DNA from: Promethearchaeati archaeon
Lineage (GTDB): Archaea > Asgardarchaeota > Heimdallarchaeia > Heimdallarchaeales > Heimdallarchaeaceae
Assembly: GCA_013166775.1 (NCBI GenBank)
Contig: JABLTJ010000019.1
Coordinates: 1-59,417 of the forward strand
Reading direction: 5' to 3'
Length of the DNA stretch: 59,417 nt
The notes under the pieces are model-generated. The model was not told the origin of the DNA and made no database searches. It saw only the letters and a list, made by a program, of their open reading frames with translations. Positions 40,255-50,122 of the stretch are shown here, piece after piece. A program made the translations under genes and the position numbers. Within the stretch, counting starts at the first letter, position 1. Each line of letters starts with the position of its first letter.

Positions 40255-41631
40255 TTAAGGAGCAGGAGTTTCTATTGGTTCTTTTTGGTCACTTTTTTTG
40301 ATTGAGGGTGGGATTTCATCCTTCTGAGGAGCATAATCTGAAGGTTCTAGAGATATAGCTTCAAGTTGCTTAATCTTTGAAAAGAGGAATATTAATGTAA
40401 TAATAAATATTGCAAGCGATGCACTAGAAATAAATAAAGGTACAATACCAATCAATTCAGCTAATGGACCTACAACCAGGTACCCTACCATCATAGATAG
40501 TGAATTAAAAACCATAAAGAATCCAACAAAACGCCCCATTTTTTGTACAGGTACAGACATTTGGGTTATAGTTGCTCTAAGGGTTCTGAAGATTGGAAGC
40601 AGAAATGTAATAGAAATTCCACCAATGTAAATCCAGTAAAAACTCCCATTTGGAGCTAGCCCAAAAAAGATGATCCCAAAGAATAAGGAAATTATGCTTA
40701 TGAACATCGCTCTTGTTTTATGAACCCATTTACGCTTTAAACTAACAAGAATGGAACCCGTAATGATTCCGACTTGAAGACAGCCTGAAAGAATAGCCAT
40801 TTCAATTTCACTCCCACCATGTGAAACATTTACAAAATAAGTAATCAATGCATTAAATGGAGTCAGCATTAAATTAGCAATAATAACAACAGAAATAATT
40901 GCTCCAAGTCCAGGAATTTCTTTGAAGAGTTCCAATCCATCAGTAATTCTCTGAAATCTACGTTTCTTACTTTGAGTTTCTTTAATTTGATTTTGGTTTC
41001 TAAAAGGTTGATTTTGCTTTGGTATAGTTGCTGGAATCAAAAAGCAAAAAGCAATGAGAAATGTCACAACATCTACCCATAGTATTATAGAAATTGGAAA
41101 AAAAACCATTAGAAATGCTGCGATTGCAGGAGTAAGCAAATCGAGAACAGAAAGAAATAATTGGTTCAATCCATTAATATTAGAAAATTTCTTCTTTGGT
41201 ACCATAAGTGGAACTAATGTAGCAGATACAGGATTGTGAAATGTTTGAAAAATAGCTCGCAATGTGTTGAACATCAATACAAGACCAACCATAAATCCTC
41301 TGAAATATATAGCAGCAATTAAAATGAAAGTCGTAAAAGCTTGAAGAGAGTCTGCTATGATGAGCAACTTCTTTCGATCATATTTATCTGCGAATCTTCC
41401 AGCTAAGGGGCTTAATAAGACTCTAGGGACAAAAGTAAGGAAAAAACTGAGTGATAAGAAGCTTGCACTCTGAGTAACCTCGGTAATCCACCAAATTAAA
41501 GCGAATTGAACAATTGCAGAACCTAAATACGAAAACTTCTGCCCAATCCAAATTACTAAGAAATTCTTGAATTTTCTTCTTTCTTCATGTGTCAATTTAG
41601 ATGTTACTTCAGGATTCTGCATATATACCAT
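40255..41631 (-). CDS. MFS transporter (DHA3/Mef-like)
   Basis: IWIGQ, AGRFADKYDRKK (motif A), 12 TM helices. Confidence 0.9.
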   Translation of the reverse strand: MVYMQNPEVTSKLTHEERRKFKNFLVIWIGQKFSYLGSAIVQFALIWWITEVTQSASFLSLSFFLTFVPRVLLSPLAGRFADKYDRKKLLIIADSLQAFTTFILIAAIYFRGFMVGLVLMFNTLRAIFQTFHNPVSATLVPLMVPKKKFSNINGLNQLFLSVLDLLTPAIAAFLMVFFPISIILWVDVVTFLIAFCFLIPATIPKQNQPFRNQNQIKETQSKKRRFQRITDGLELFKEIPGLGAIISVVIIANLMLTPFNALITYFVNVSHGGSEIEMAILSGCLQVGIITGSILVSLKRKWVHKTRAMFISIISLFFGIIFFGLAPNGSFYWIYIGGISITFLLPIFRTLRATITQMSVPVQKMGRFVGFFMVFNSLSMMVGYLVVGPLAELIGIVPLFISSASLAIFIITLIFLFSKIKQLEAISLEPSDYAPQKDEIPPSIKKSDQKEPIETPAP

Positions 41632-41766
41632 CCATGCGAACAGATATATTCCATTTCGGCACTCATGCCATTTTGAAATTTATATTCATTTCACTTCATT
41701 GACAGACATTTTTAAATATTTCGTATTGGCAGATACACCACATTGGCAGAAAATTTATAAGAAACG

Positions 41767-42441
41767 TTGTATTCTGTAATAATGATGAATAGTACTCCCA
41801 CAGATATAATAGGTTTACTTGAAGATGAAACCGAATTTTCGATAATTATAGCTCTATTTACTTTTAAATCACAAAATCTAAAACACCTTTCAAGATTGTT
41901 GGACATTCCTGAATCAACTCTTCTTAGAAAACTAAAAAATATGATCAAAAACCAAATCATTATGTTAGATCAAGAAACAACTATCAACAGAAGGGGAAAA
42001 TTCTATACACTCACTCCAAAAGTTAAAAGGATTTTAGATACGCCTCCATCAAAGCCTAACGATACTGCAGAGGACAATCGTATTTTCAAAATTCGAAAAT
42101 CCCGCTTATATATTGCAATTTCAAGTATAAATCTTCAACTGGCTAAAATGTTAGCTCGGTACATTCAAATTGATCCAGAAATAATGACTAGGAAAGAAAA
42201 ACAAGGAGCTACTTCATCGCAACATACAATTCTCAATTTTCAAACTTTAGAAGAAATTTACGATTTTAGAAAGATTTTACAGGATTTTTATAGGAAAATT
42301 GAGAAATATGAGAAAACTGAAGAAGGGGAACCGCGATTTAAGTATTCTTTCCATCATCTTGCATGCCCTATAGGACTATTGTCTTCCCAAGAAACGATTG
42401 ATAAAATCTTCTCATTTATTACCAATGAAGAGGAAATGTGA
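41767..42441 (+). CDS. wHTH transcriptional regulator, divergent from the MFS gene
   Basis: LKHLSRLLDIPESTLLRKLKNM, RGKFYTLT wing. Confidence 0.75.
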   Translation: MYSVIMMNSTPTDIIGLLEDETEFSIIIALFTFKSQNLKHLSRLLDIPESTLLRKLKNMIKNQIIMLDQETTINRRGKFYTLTPKVKRILDTPPSKPNDTAEDNRIFKIRKSRLYIAISSINLQLAKMLARYIQIDPEIMTRKEKQGATSSQHTILNFQTLEEIYDFRKILQDFYRKIEKYEKTEEGEPRFKYSFHHLACPIGLLSSQETIDKIFSFITNEEEM

Positions 42442-42509
42442 AAGTATAATTACATTCAACATGAAGGTGATATCAACTCTGAACATAAAACGAATTACCA
42501 TACATTAAT

Positions 42510-43619
42510 TCAATAAAAAGTTACATTCACTTGGTTTCTTTTTTTAACTAATCCATATACAAAAACACATACAGATAGACTGAGAATTACAAACAGGATT
42601 GAAGTTTCAGTACTTTCAGTTTCAGTATTTTCGCTTGTTTCAAATTGGATATCTATCTTCTCAGTCTTTACTAATACTCCTCCATCAATTCCAGTAACTC
42701 CAAAGAATTCATTTTTTTGTTCATAAGATTCAGATTCAGCAAGTTTTTCCAACAGATTGATTTTTGTACTTACTGAGAATTCATCACCTGAGTTAAAGTA
42801 AAACTCTAAATTGACAGGATCACAAATGTTACTATATTTTGTAGCATACATTCCCTCTTGATGGACTGCATAAAGTATGTTTGCACATTTAGAAACAGTA
42901 AGATCTTCTTCAGCATTAATTTCTCCAAACATTTGAGTAGCAGTATCATATCGCCAACAAGGGTGTTCACCATGGTTAACATCAGCTAAATTAAAATTAG
43001 TAGAAACTAAAAATGCGGAATCAATTCTTGTAAAAATCCATTGACCAGTAGAATTAACACTTACTACAACTGCATCACCCGTAGTATCAGCATAATGTAT
43101 TTGTCCACCAAAAGTACCACTCCATTTATGATTCTGATACCAATTAATTACTTCTGAGACATTCTTACAATCCCATAACACTTGAGCTAAGGCATTTGGA
43201 GTATAAGGATACAATGAACTTGGATTTAGATTCAACTGAACATCAGGGAGACCATTACCATCAAAACATAAGCCAAATTCATTCATCCCTCCTTGTTCCC
43301 ATGTATCAACATCAGTGTTATTATTGTTATCAAAACCAAAGAATACAGCACCATAAATCTCTTTATAACCAAAATAGGTTGTTGAAACATTCTGTGCAGG
43401 AACATACCATCGATAAGCGTTATTCAGTTTGTAATCCTCATTATTGCCAAATAATACTGTATCACCAATAACTGCGGTGAATATGGTACAAGAAGAAGTT
43501 ATATGGCTATATTCTTGGTTAGCTTTCATATTCTGACAGTATAAAGGTTGGAGAAGTATAAAACAAGAAATCAATAGGAAAGATAAATAGATTTTTTTTG
43601 TAGCTGACATTCCAATCAA
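42510..43619 (-). CDS. Membrane-anchored Ntn hydrolase (C45/C59-like)
   Basis: S-CTIF (Cys nucleophile), GNNED, GGMNEFGL, STNF, TKYS; signal peptide and C-terminal TM plus KKR. Confidence 0.75.
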   Translation of the reverse strand: MIGMSATKKIYLSFLLISCFILLQPLYCQNMKANQEYSHITSSCTIFTAVIGDTVLFGNNEDYKLNNAYRWYVPAQNVSTTYFGYKEIYGAVFFGFDNNNNTDVDTWEQGGMNEFGLCFDGNGLPDVQLNLNPSSLYPYTPNALAQVLWDCKNVSEVINWYQNHKWSGTFGGQIHYADTTGDAVVVSVNSTGQWIFTRIDSAFLVSTNFNLADVNHGEHPCWRYDTATQMFGEINAEEDLTVSKCANILYAVHQEGMYATKYSNICDPVNLEFYFNSGDEFSVSTKINLLEKLAESESYEQKNEFFGVTGIDGGVLVKTEKIDIQFETSENTETESTETSILFVILSLSVCVFVYGLVKKRNQVNVTFY

Positions 43620-43727
43620 GAATTAACAAAGGAATTTATAATTTTATAGAAATATACTTTAGTTATTAAGGAAATTGCTAAATAAGAAGGGCTAGTAGAG
43701 ATAAAACAGAAGACACTACTAAAGGAA

Positions 43728-44147
43728 TTAGTCTTTAAAACACTGCAATAGCCGCTCTAGGTATTTCTCTGCATTTCGTAAAAGGTAGAGATAGAAATAC
43801 CATCTTCAGAATTTGTCTGTATCTTTGAAACCCATATCTTTTGTCATTTCAGCTATTTCTTCGCTGTGAGAAGTTAAAAATTCAGCAGTATTCTGTAATG
43901 CTTCATCTTCTAATTTTTTACAAACTTCTCAATGCATTTAAGATCAGGATTCTCTTTTGCTAATGTAAGACCATACATATGGGAAAGAACTTCCGTGAAT
44001 CTTTTTTGCATAGGGAGTTTCCCATCTTTCATCAGATAGGAGTAGAGGTATGAAGGTTTGTGCTGTTAAAGAAAATAGAGTTTTGGTTGCCCGACTATTT
44101 GGATAGGCTCTTCTCCCAGCTTCAAAAACTATTCCATCTATTAAAAT
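43728..44147 (-). pseudogene. Decayed wHTH regulator of the 28595/37043 family
   Basis: GIVFEAGRRAYPNSRATKTLFSLTAQTF, then shifted frames PDLKCIEKFVK, EFLTSHSEEIAEM, NAEKYLERLLQCFKD*. At least two frameshifts and a stop; N-terminus missing. Confidence 0.75.
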
Positions 44148-44205
44148 GTTTTTTTAACTGATGGAAACTTAAAAATAGCAATGGTTTCAAAATAGGGTAG
44201 TTAGA

Positions 44206-44733
44206 ATGATCAAGTTGGAAACTGAAAGATTGATAATCAGAAACTTCACTATTGAAGATTGGAAGGATATTGCTACGATTGCTATGCATTATGAAGAAAC
44301 AGAACTAGCAAAATACGATGAAGGACCTTGGCCGAATACTCTGGAAGAATATAGAAAAATAGCAGATTGGTTTGCAAAAGGTGATGATTTTGTTGCTGTT
44401 GTTTTGAAAGCGGAAAAAAAAATGATAGGATGGATAGCTAAAGCTAGAAATAGAAAGAAGGAAAAAGAATTCAATTTTGGATATATTTTTCATCTTGATT
44501 TTCATGGTAAAGGATATGCAACTGAAAGCTGTCTAGCTGTAATAAAGTACATTTTTGAAGAATTGGATGCGGAATTAATAGTCTCAGGAACAGCAAAAAT
44601 TAATGAGCCTTCAAATAAATTACTCAAACGTTTAGGGTTCACTCCTATAGGAGAAACAACTCAGGCTTTTAGAAAAGATGAAGAAGGTAAACCAATTGAG
44701 TTTGTTGGAGTAGATTACGTTCTAAGAAAATAG
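44206..44733 (+). CDS. GNAT acetyltransferase, RimJ/RimL type
   Basis: LETERLIIR, FHGKGYATE, NEPSNKLLKRLGF. Confidence 0.9.
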   Translation: MIKLETERLIIRNFTIEDWKDIATIAMHYEETELAKYDEGPWPNTLEEYRKIADWFAKGDDFVAVVLKAEKKMIGWIAKARNRKKEKEFNFGYIFHLDFHGKGYATESCLAVIKYIFEELDAELIVSGTAKINEPSNKLLKRLGFTPIGETTQAFRKDEEGKPIEFVGVDYVLRK

Positions 44734-44765
44734 TATTTGATATAGAAAATAAAGAAAAAAGGAAA

Positions 44766-45926
44766 TTATTTCCTCTTTTTACTGTATGCAACTAATGGTA
44801 TTGCTGAGAATAAAGCAATTAAGATGTACGATATGAAAACAGTAGAATATTCGGAAATCACTGGAATAAAATCTAAAGGATAAAGATCAACGGAACCTGC
44901 TGCTCCATCAATAGGATAGGAACTACTTGTTGCCCCAGTAAAGTCATTCCAATAATTCCCTTCTAACAGCACATCATCATACCACTGATCACCTGCGTCA
45001 TCTAAAGCCTGAATTGTAGTGCCATCAAGATTGTTATCATAGAACGCATTATGATAGATCTTGTTAAGTCCTACTGAAAGCGACATACTTAATCCATATG
45101 ATGTACTGCCATTGAAGTGATTGTTATTTATTACACTACCTGATGAACCTATAATTCTCATACCAAAGAAATTATCCACAAGATAGTTATTATTAATAAC
45201 TAGATCATGGCTGTTTTCAGCAAGAATTCCTGTATCTACATTATTTGAACAATTATTATTAATGATGCTTGTACCATTTGAGTTCACTATATGTATTCCT
45301 ATCTCTGAAGTTTCGTTACAAATATTCCCTATTAACGAAGATCCAAGAGAATTAACTAATCTGATACCAAGTGCTGCAACAATCTTGTTATTTTGAACAT
45401 AAGTGAAAGGTTCTTGAAGTTCAATTCCACAATCTAAGGAGAATATATCGTTTTTATATACTCCGCCTTCGATTTTTCCTTTAATTGTTAAACCACTAGC
45501 TCCTGCTATTGATATTATTACATTATTCTTGATGATTATTGAACCTTCATCCATGTTTTGTTCAGCACCTAAGATAATGCTAGAGTTTGTGTCTGTCTTA
45601 AGAAAACAATTTTGGATTATAAAATGCTTAGTAGTATAACCACCAAAACTTAGACATGTTTCATCAGTTGTTGTGATATTGTAATTTTCAATACGAAAAG
45701 GATCTTTAAGTGAACCATCTCCTGGTAAACCATAAGCTTCAAAATCAGAATCATAATCAATAATCATTGGTGACTGTACTACCAAATCTTCTAATAGAAT
45801 TTGATTTGAAGAAGTATTTATTGAAGTTGTAGCTAGAGAATCTCTAACTCCTTCATTTAATGCTACGTTGTAGAGAATTAGAAGAGAAAGAATTATTAAG
45901 ATTGAAAGCTTTTTGTTTTTTTTCAT
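44766..45926 (-). CDS. NosD-like parallel beta-helix surface protein
   Basis: GDGSLKDPFRIE, repeated GI...S....I.NN, GNYWND, DLYPL; C-terminal ISEY plus TM plus KKRK. Confidence 0.85.
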   Translation of the reverse strand: MKKNKKLSILIILSLLILYNVALNEGVRDSLATTSINTSSNQILLEDLVVQSPMIIDYDSDFEAYGLPGDGSLKDPFRIENYNITTTDETCLSFGGYTTKHFIIQNCFLKTDTNSSIILGAEQNMDEGSIIIKNNVIISIAGASGLTIKGKIEGGVYKNDIFSLDCGIELQEPFTYVQNNKIVAALGIRLVNSLGSSLIGNICNETSEIGIHIVNSNGTSIINNNCSNNVDTGILAENSHDLVINNNYLVDNFFGMRIIGSSGSVINNNHFNGSTSYGLSMSLSVGLNKIYHNAFYDNNLDGTTIQALDDAGDQWYDDVLLEGNYWNDFTGATSSSYPIDGAAGSVDLYPLDFIPVISEYSTVFISYILIALFSAIPLVAYSKKRK

Positions 45927-46114
45927 TTTGATTCATTCCTAAAATTAGTAATTATATATTCAGATATTAGAATGCTACTCATTTGCTATTTAAATATTAT
46001 TAAGATAAATTTTCTAAATATTTTCTTATTATTTCAGAATTTTAATTGGATTTTTTCTGAATAAGGGGAAAAAATATATATTAACTCTTTTCAGCAAAGC
46101 AAAACGAAAAATTA

Positions 46115-46492
46115 GTGATATTGATGATTCTAGAGATTATTAGTGGAATTTACGCTTTGATTGTTGGAGCTGGAATGATCGGCATTTGGATTATATTGCT
46201 AATCACAAAACAAGTTCCTGAAATAAAAACTGCACCTATAGATATTTCTCTTCATATTACTGCAGAATATCTTACTGGACTTCTTTCAATTCTTAGTGGG
46301 ATTCTTCTCCTCGTGAATATAACATGGGCTGGAATACTGTTTATTGTATCATTAGGGATGGTTATTTATGCAGTTATTAATGCAGGAGGATATTATGGTC
46401 AAAAGAAGGAATGGTCTTTTGTAATATTGTTCGGAGTTTTATTTATCTCTGCAGTAATATTATTGATATTCAATATTCTTCAGATAGTATGA
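46115..46492 (+). CDS. 4-TM membrane protein, paralog of 14010..14396
   Basis: KQVPEIK, HITAE, VIYAVIN, GYYGQKK. Confidence 0.75.
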   Translation: MILMILEIISGIYALIVGAGMIGIWIILLITKQVPEIKTAPIDISLHITAEYLTGLLSILSGILLLVNITWAGILFIVSLGMVIYAVINAGGYYGQKKEWSFVILFGVLFISAVILLIFNILQIV

Positions 46493-46540
46493 TTTCATTT
46501 ATGCTGCTTGAATTTTTTTAATTCTCTTCGATTATTAGAG

Positions 46541-47251
46541 TTAGTATAAAAAATCATTCAATGGGAAAGGTTTTCCATGTCCTGGATAAACTGTTCTTAT
46601 TTGGTATTGTTTTAATTTTTCAATACTTTCATTATATTCTTCTTTATTGTCAATCAAAGAAAACTTAGCAGGTTCTTTAGTATTCTCAAGTAAATCTCCA
46701 CAGAAAAGAGCACCTTCAGAAGTTAAGATGCCTATAGAACCCTTTGAGTGACCTGGGAAATGAATAACTTTTGCATCTAAACCATATACAGATAGATCAT
46801 CACCTTCTTCCACATAGATATCTGGTTTAAATCGATCTTTTTTCTTCAGATTCATCCTAAATAGAAATACTACAGTTTTGAAAAGTGCTTTTACTATTAC
46901 ATTAGTATTAGGTCTACTATAGAAGAAATCTCCAAACTCAACCATTCCTGAATCTTCTTTATGCATTGCTACTTTTGCGCCATAATTATCTCGGAAATAA
47001 GCACAGTTACCAGTATGATCAAAATCGCCATGAGTCAAGAGAATTAGATTCAGATTTTCAGATGTACAACCAGCATTCTCGAGTGATCTTTCTATAATTA
47101 GTCGCTCACTTGTATAACCTGTATCAATCAATACAAATCCATCACTGGTTTCTAATAAAAAGCAATTTGTTTTCTTAGAAGTTATAATTAAAAGAAATGC
47201 GTTTTTTGATTTCTCACTATAATCTAAATTTTTCCTTGCATTTTCAATCAT
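46541..47251 (-). CDS. MBL-fold metallo-hydrolase
   Basis: IDTG, THGDFDH, PGHSKGS, CGD, PGHG. Confidence 0.9.
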   Translation of the reverse strand: MIENARKNLDYSEKSKNAFLLIITSKKTNCFLLETSDGFVLIDTGYTSERLIIERSLENAGCTSENLNLILLTHGDFDHTGNCAYFRDNYGAKVAMHKEDSGMVEFGDFFYSRPNTNVIVKALFKTVVFLFRMNLKKKDRFKPDIYVEEGDDLSVYGLDAKVIHFPGHSKGSIGILTSEGALFCGDLLENTKEPAKFSLIDNKEEYNESIEKLKQYQIRTVYPGHGKPFPLNDFLY

Positions 47252-47378
47252 AATTTATGAATAAATTAATCCATACTTATATATTTACAAATTACATGTG
47301 AAATTTTCAGAAATTATTTATTTTTAACAACTCAAATACTAAACGAGGTAAATTAATTCAGCTCATTTAAAACAAATA

Positions 47379-47449
47379 CTATCTGAACTTCGCAAATAAC
47401 ATATTATGTTAAGAGAAACAAAAATGCCTACATCACCAAGAAATGATGA
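47379..47449 (+). repeat. Degenerate copy of the 3' end of the TM-receiver gene (51917..51987)
   Basis: LSELRK*HIMLRETKMPTSPRNDE versus LSELRKKPVMLRETKTPTLPRSDE; about 58/71 nt identical, ungapped (manual count). Confidence 0.85.
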
Positions 47450-47864
47450 AATAATCATCTAGTAATTTATATGATAAATCTCATCTAGATTGTGAATGAG
47501 GTCATCAGATGGTTTTTAAGGGATTCTTATTGTTGAAAGAAAAATGTGACTTTATTTTGATAATGTGTCAGTTTGATTTTAACTCTTATTCCATTTATCT
47601 TGATAGGACTCGTATTGATAAAAAGAAAGAAAGGATAAATAACCCTTTTTTTTCATTTTTTCCATGCATGTTTTATTCGTTTCCATCCTTTAACAAAATT
47701 GTATTTTTCATTTAACTACAGCTACTATAAGAAGATGAAAAATCCAATTTTAGGGCTAAATACTAAATAATTTTTCACTTTAGCAATTTTATAATGGCCA
47801 TTTAGATTAGACCAAACTTTCCAAATATTTAAATATATTATGGAAAATATAGTTCAGATATAAA

Positions 47865-48323
47865 ATGAATCTAAATAAGACTCTAAAGTTTCTATTTGTG
47901 ACAGTAACAGTAGTACTACTCTCATTAAGTTTCAAGGTAAATGCTACTGGTCCTAAAGTAAACATAATGTATGTTAGCTATTGCGATTTTGATGGTGATG
48001 GTGCAGCAGACGATGTATATGCTGAAGTTTTTCTCACCATGTTGCCAGGAGTAAATTATCTAGAGTTTGAAGCGTCAGTTAAATTCGAAGGAGAAATACT
48101 CTATACAATCTATAGAGATAACCATGTAAGAACTGAAACAGAAATTCTATACAAATTCTACTTCATAAACATAGTTTTTCACAGCGGATTATACATATTC
48201 ACTGTTTGGTTTAGTATCGAGAATGATGGACAAATAAGATATACAAGTGATACTCAGCCTTTCGACCCTCCAGAAGGAGAACCTGATTATCCTCCAGGTG
48301 GAGGAGTTACCCCAGGTCCTTAG
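47865..48323 (+). CDS. Secreted beta-rich hypothetical protein with DxDGDG and C-terminal FDPP motif (copy B)
   Basis: Signal peptide; CDFDGDGAADDVY; ends SDTQPFDPPEGEPDYPPGGGVTPGP; aligns with 8834..9289. Confidence 0.75.
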   Translation: MNLNKTLKFLFVTVTVVLLSLSFKVNATGPKVNIMYVSYCDFDGDGAADDVYAEVFLTMLPGVNYLEFEASVKFEGEILYTIYRDNHVRTETEILYKFYFINIVFHSGLYIFTVWFSIENDGQIRYTSDTQPFDPPEGEPDYPPGGGVTPGP

Positions 48324-48370
48324 ATTGATAAGATTTCACTGATGGAAAAAACAGTTATCTGGGATTATGA

Positions 48371-49594
48371 ATGAAGGGATACACTCGAGATTTGACGGAA
48401 ATATTACATCTGCTAGAAAATTATCCACTGAAATCTTACAGCGAATTAGCACAAAAAATCAGCGTGTCACCTCAAACCTTCATTAGAGGAGTAGAGGAAT
48501 TAAGAGCTCAAAAGGTTATCAGAGAAGTTTATTCCTCTCTTAATCCCGAAAGTTTACATCTAGAAAGACATATTGTAATATTCCTAACAGAATCTATGGA
48601 AGGAATCAAGACCTTAGAGCTCTCGTGTGATGTTCATCCTTACACTTCTTCTAGAAATAGAATTTTTGGCCCTGATTATGGATTATACGCAGTATTTGAT
48701 ATACCTAGGGGATCATTCCGTAACTTGAAGCTCTTTCTTGAAAATCTATTGGAAAAGAAATATTGTGTTAAGTATTATACCCATAAATCTCAAGGAAGAA
48801 GAAAATCTTATCCTCAACCTTTTCACAACAACATTATTGATCTAGAGGAATTTGATCTTGAAGCTTATCTTGTACAAAAAGCCACTCCCTTGTACACCGG
48901 TAAGGGCGGGAGGGAGTCTCCTTTATCTTCTTTAGAGCTACATCCCATAGAGTTATTGACATTAAGAGATATTACTTTAAACTTTAGAACACCAATGAGT
49001 CAATTGATAAAAAAATATCGAAAGTACATGAGGTCAAAAAAAGGAGAACTAGAGGATTACATCTTTCCTGAAACATTCAGACCACATCTGGAAGAATTCT
49101 TTCGAGATGAAAGGACTGAAAATGCAATTTATATGGATTTCAAAAAAAGATATCATGCTCTCATAGAAAAACATATAGAAAGCTATAATTTGGGGATCAA
49201 TCGAAAAAATTTTGAGAGATTCATCGTATTTGGATACGTTATACACAATATTTCAAAAGAAGAAAAATTAAGATTATTTAGTTTGTTTGAGAGTGAAAGA
49301 CCTCCATTCAGCATCTATATTGAAGATCTTGATAGAAGCTTGTTTCTTTCATTAGCTTTACCTCCTTACTATCAGACTAAATTTGCATACATCATGAAAG
49401 AGACGTATGAAAAATTTTCAGCTTTCTTGTTGGATAGTTTTGGGTACAATGCGATGAAATACAGATTTTTTGTAGGCAATTATGACATAGAAAAGAAGGA
49501 ATGGAAGGAAGATGAGGAGTGGATGGTTACAGGTGTTATCAAAGGCATTGAAGAGAAATTATCGAAAAAAGAGTACAGAATAGTAAAAACGTAG
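48371..49594 (+). CDS. Tandem wHTH / Lrp-AsnC-like transcriptional regulator (copy B)
   Basis: SYSELAQKISVSPQTFIR, NPESLHLE, HPYTSSRNRIFG, FDIP, LPP, NYD...EW; matches copy A. Confidence 0.75.
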   Translation: MKGYTRDLTEILHLLENYPLKSYSELAQKISVSPQTFIRGVEELRAQKVIREVYSSLNPESLHLERHIVIFLTESMEGIKTLELSCDVHPYTSSRNRIFGPDYGLYAVFDIPRGSFRNLKLFLENLLEKKYCVKYYTHKSQGRRKSYPQPFHNNIIDLEEFDLEAYLVQKATPLYTGKGGRESPLSSLELHPIELLTLRDITLNFRTPMSQLIKKYRKYMRSKKGELEDYIFPETFRPHLEEFFRDERTENAIYMDFKKRYHALIEKHIESYNLGINRKNFERFIVFGYVIHNISKEEKLRLFSLFESERPPFSIYIEDLDRSLFLSLALPPYYQTKFAYIMKETYEKFSAFLLDSFGYNAMKYRFFVGNYDIEKKEWKEDEEWMVTGVIKGIEEKLSKKEYRIVKT

Positions 49595-49605
49595 AGGAGT
49601 AAAAA

Positions 49606-49998
49606 ATGTCAAGAGTATATGTTATTGAAGACGATAGAGCACTACAACAATTATACGCTATGTACTTGTCAAGAATGGGACATGAAATAATAGGACAGTC
49701 CTATAATGGTGTAGAAGCAATAATTGATTTATATTTTAATTATAGGGAAAATCCACCAGACATAATAATATTAGACTACACAATGCCTGGGAAAAATGGT
49801 TTAGAAGTGTTCCACGATTTACAGAAGTTGGATTATGTTAAGAACACTAAAGTTTTGTTTATTACAGGATTTGCAAATCTACAAATTCAAGCTTTAGAAT
49901 TAGGAGTATCTATGTTTATTCAAAAGCCTTTCAATTATGAATTATTAAATCAGTCAATTGAAGAGTTATCTTTAGAAGATAAATATATTCAGAATTGA
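49606..49998 (+). CDS. Stand-alone response regulator receiver (CheY-like)
   Basis: IEDD, PDIIILDYTMPGKNG, FITG, QKPF. Confidence 0.9.
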   Translation: MSRVYVIEDDRALQQLYAMYLSRMGHEIIGQSYNGVEAIIDLYFNYRENPPDIIILDYTMPGKNGLEVFHDLQKLDYVKNTKVLFITGFANLQIQALELGVSMFIQKPFNYELLNQSIEELSLEDKYIQN

Positions 49999-50122
49999 TT
50001 TTATGAAAAAATTTCTTTCAATAGGAGATGATAGTTAGAAAATAACACAGAAGAAAATAAGTTCTACTAGACTAGTATATCTAGTATACTAATAATAGTA
50101 AAATAAATAGGAGGTAAATTAA

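Noticed and set aside
47509-47715. 68-aa ORF as a signalling peptide gene for cassette B
   Set aside because: No signal peptide, runs through a T-rich tract, and another frame explains the sequence as a decayed TM tail.
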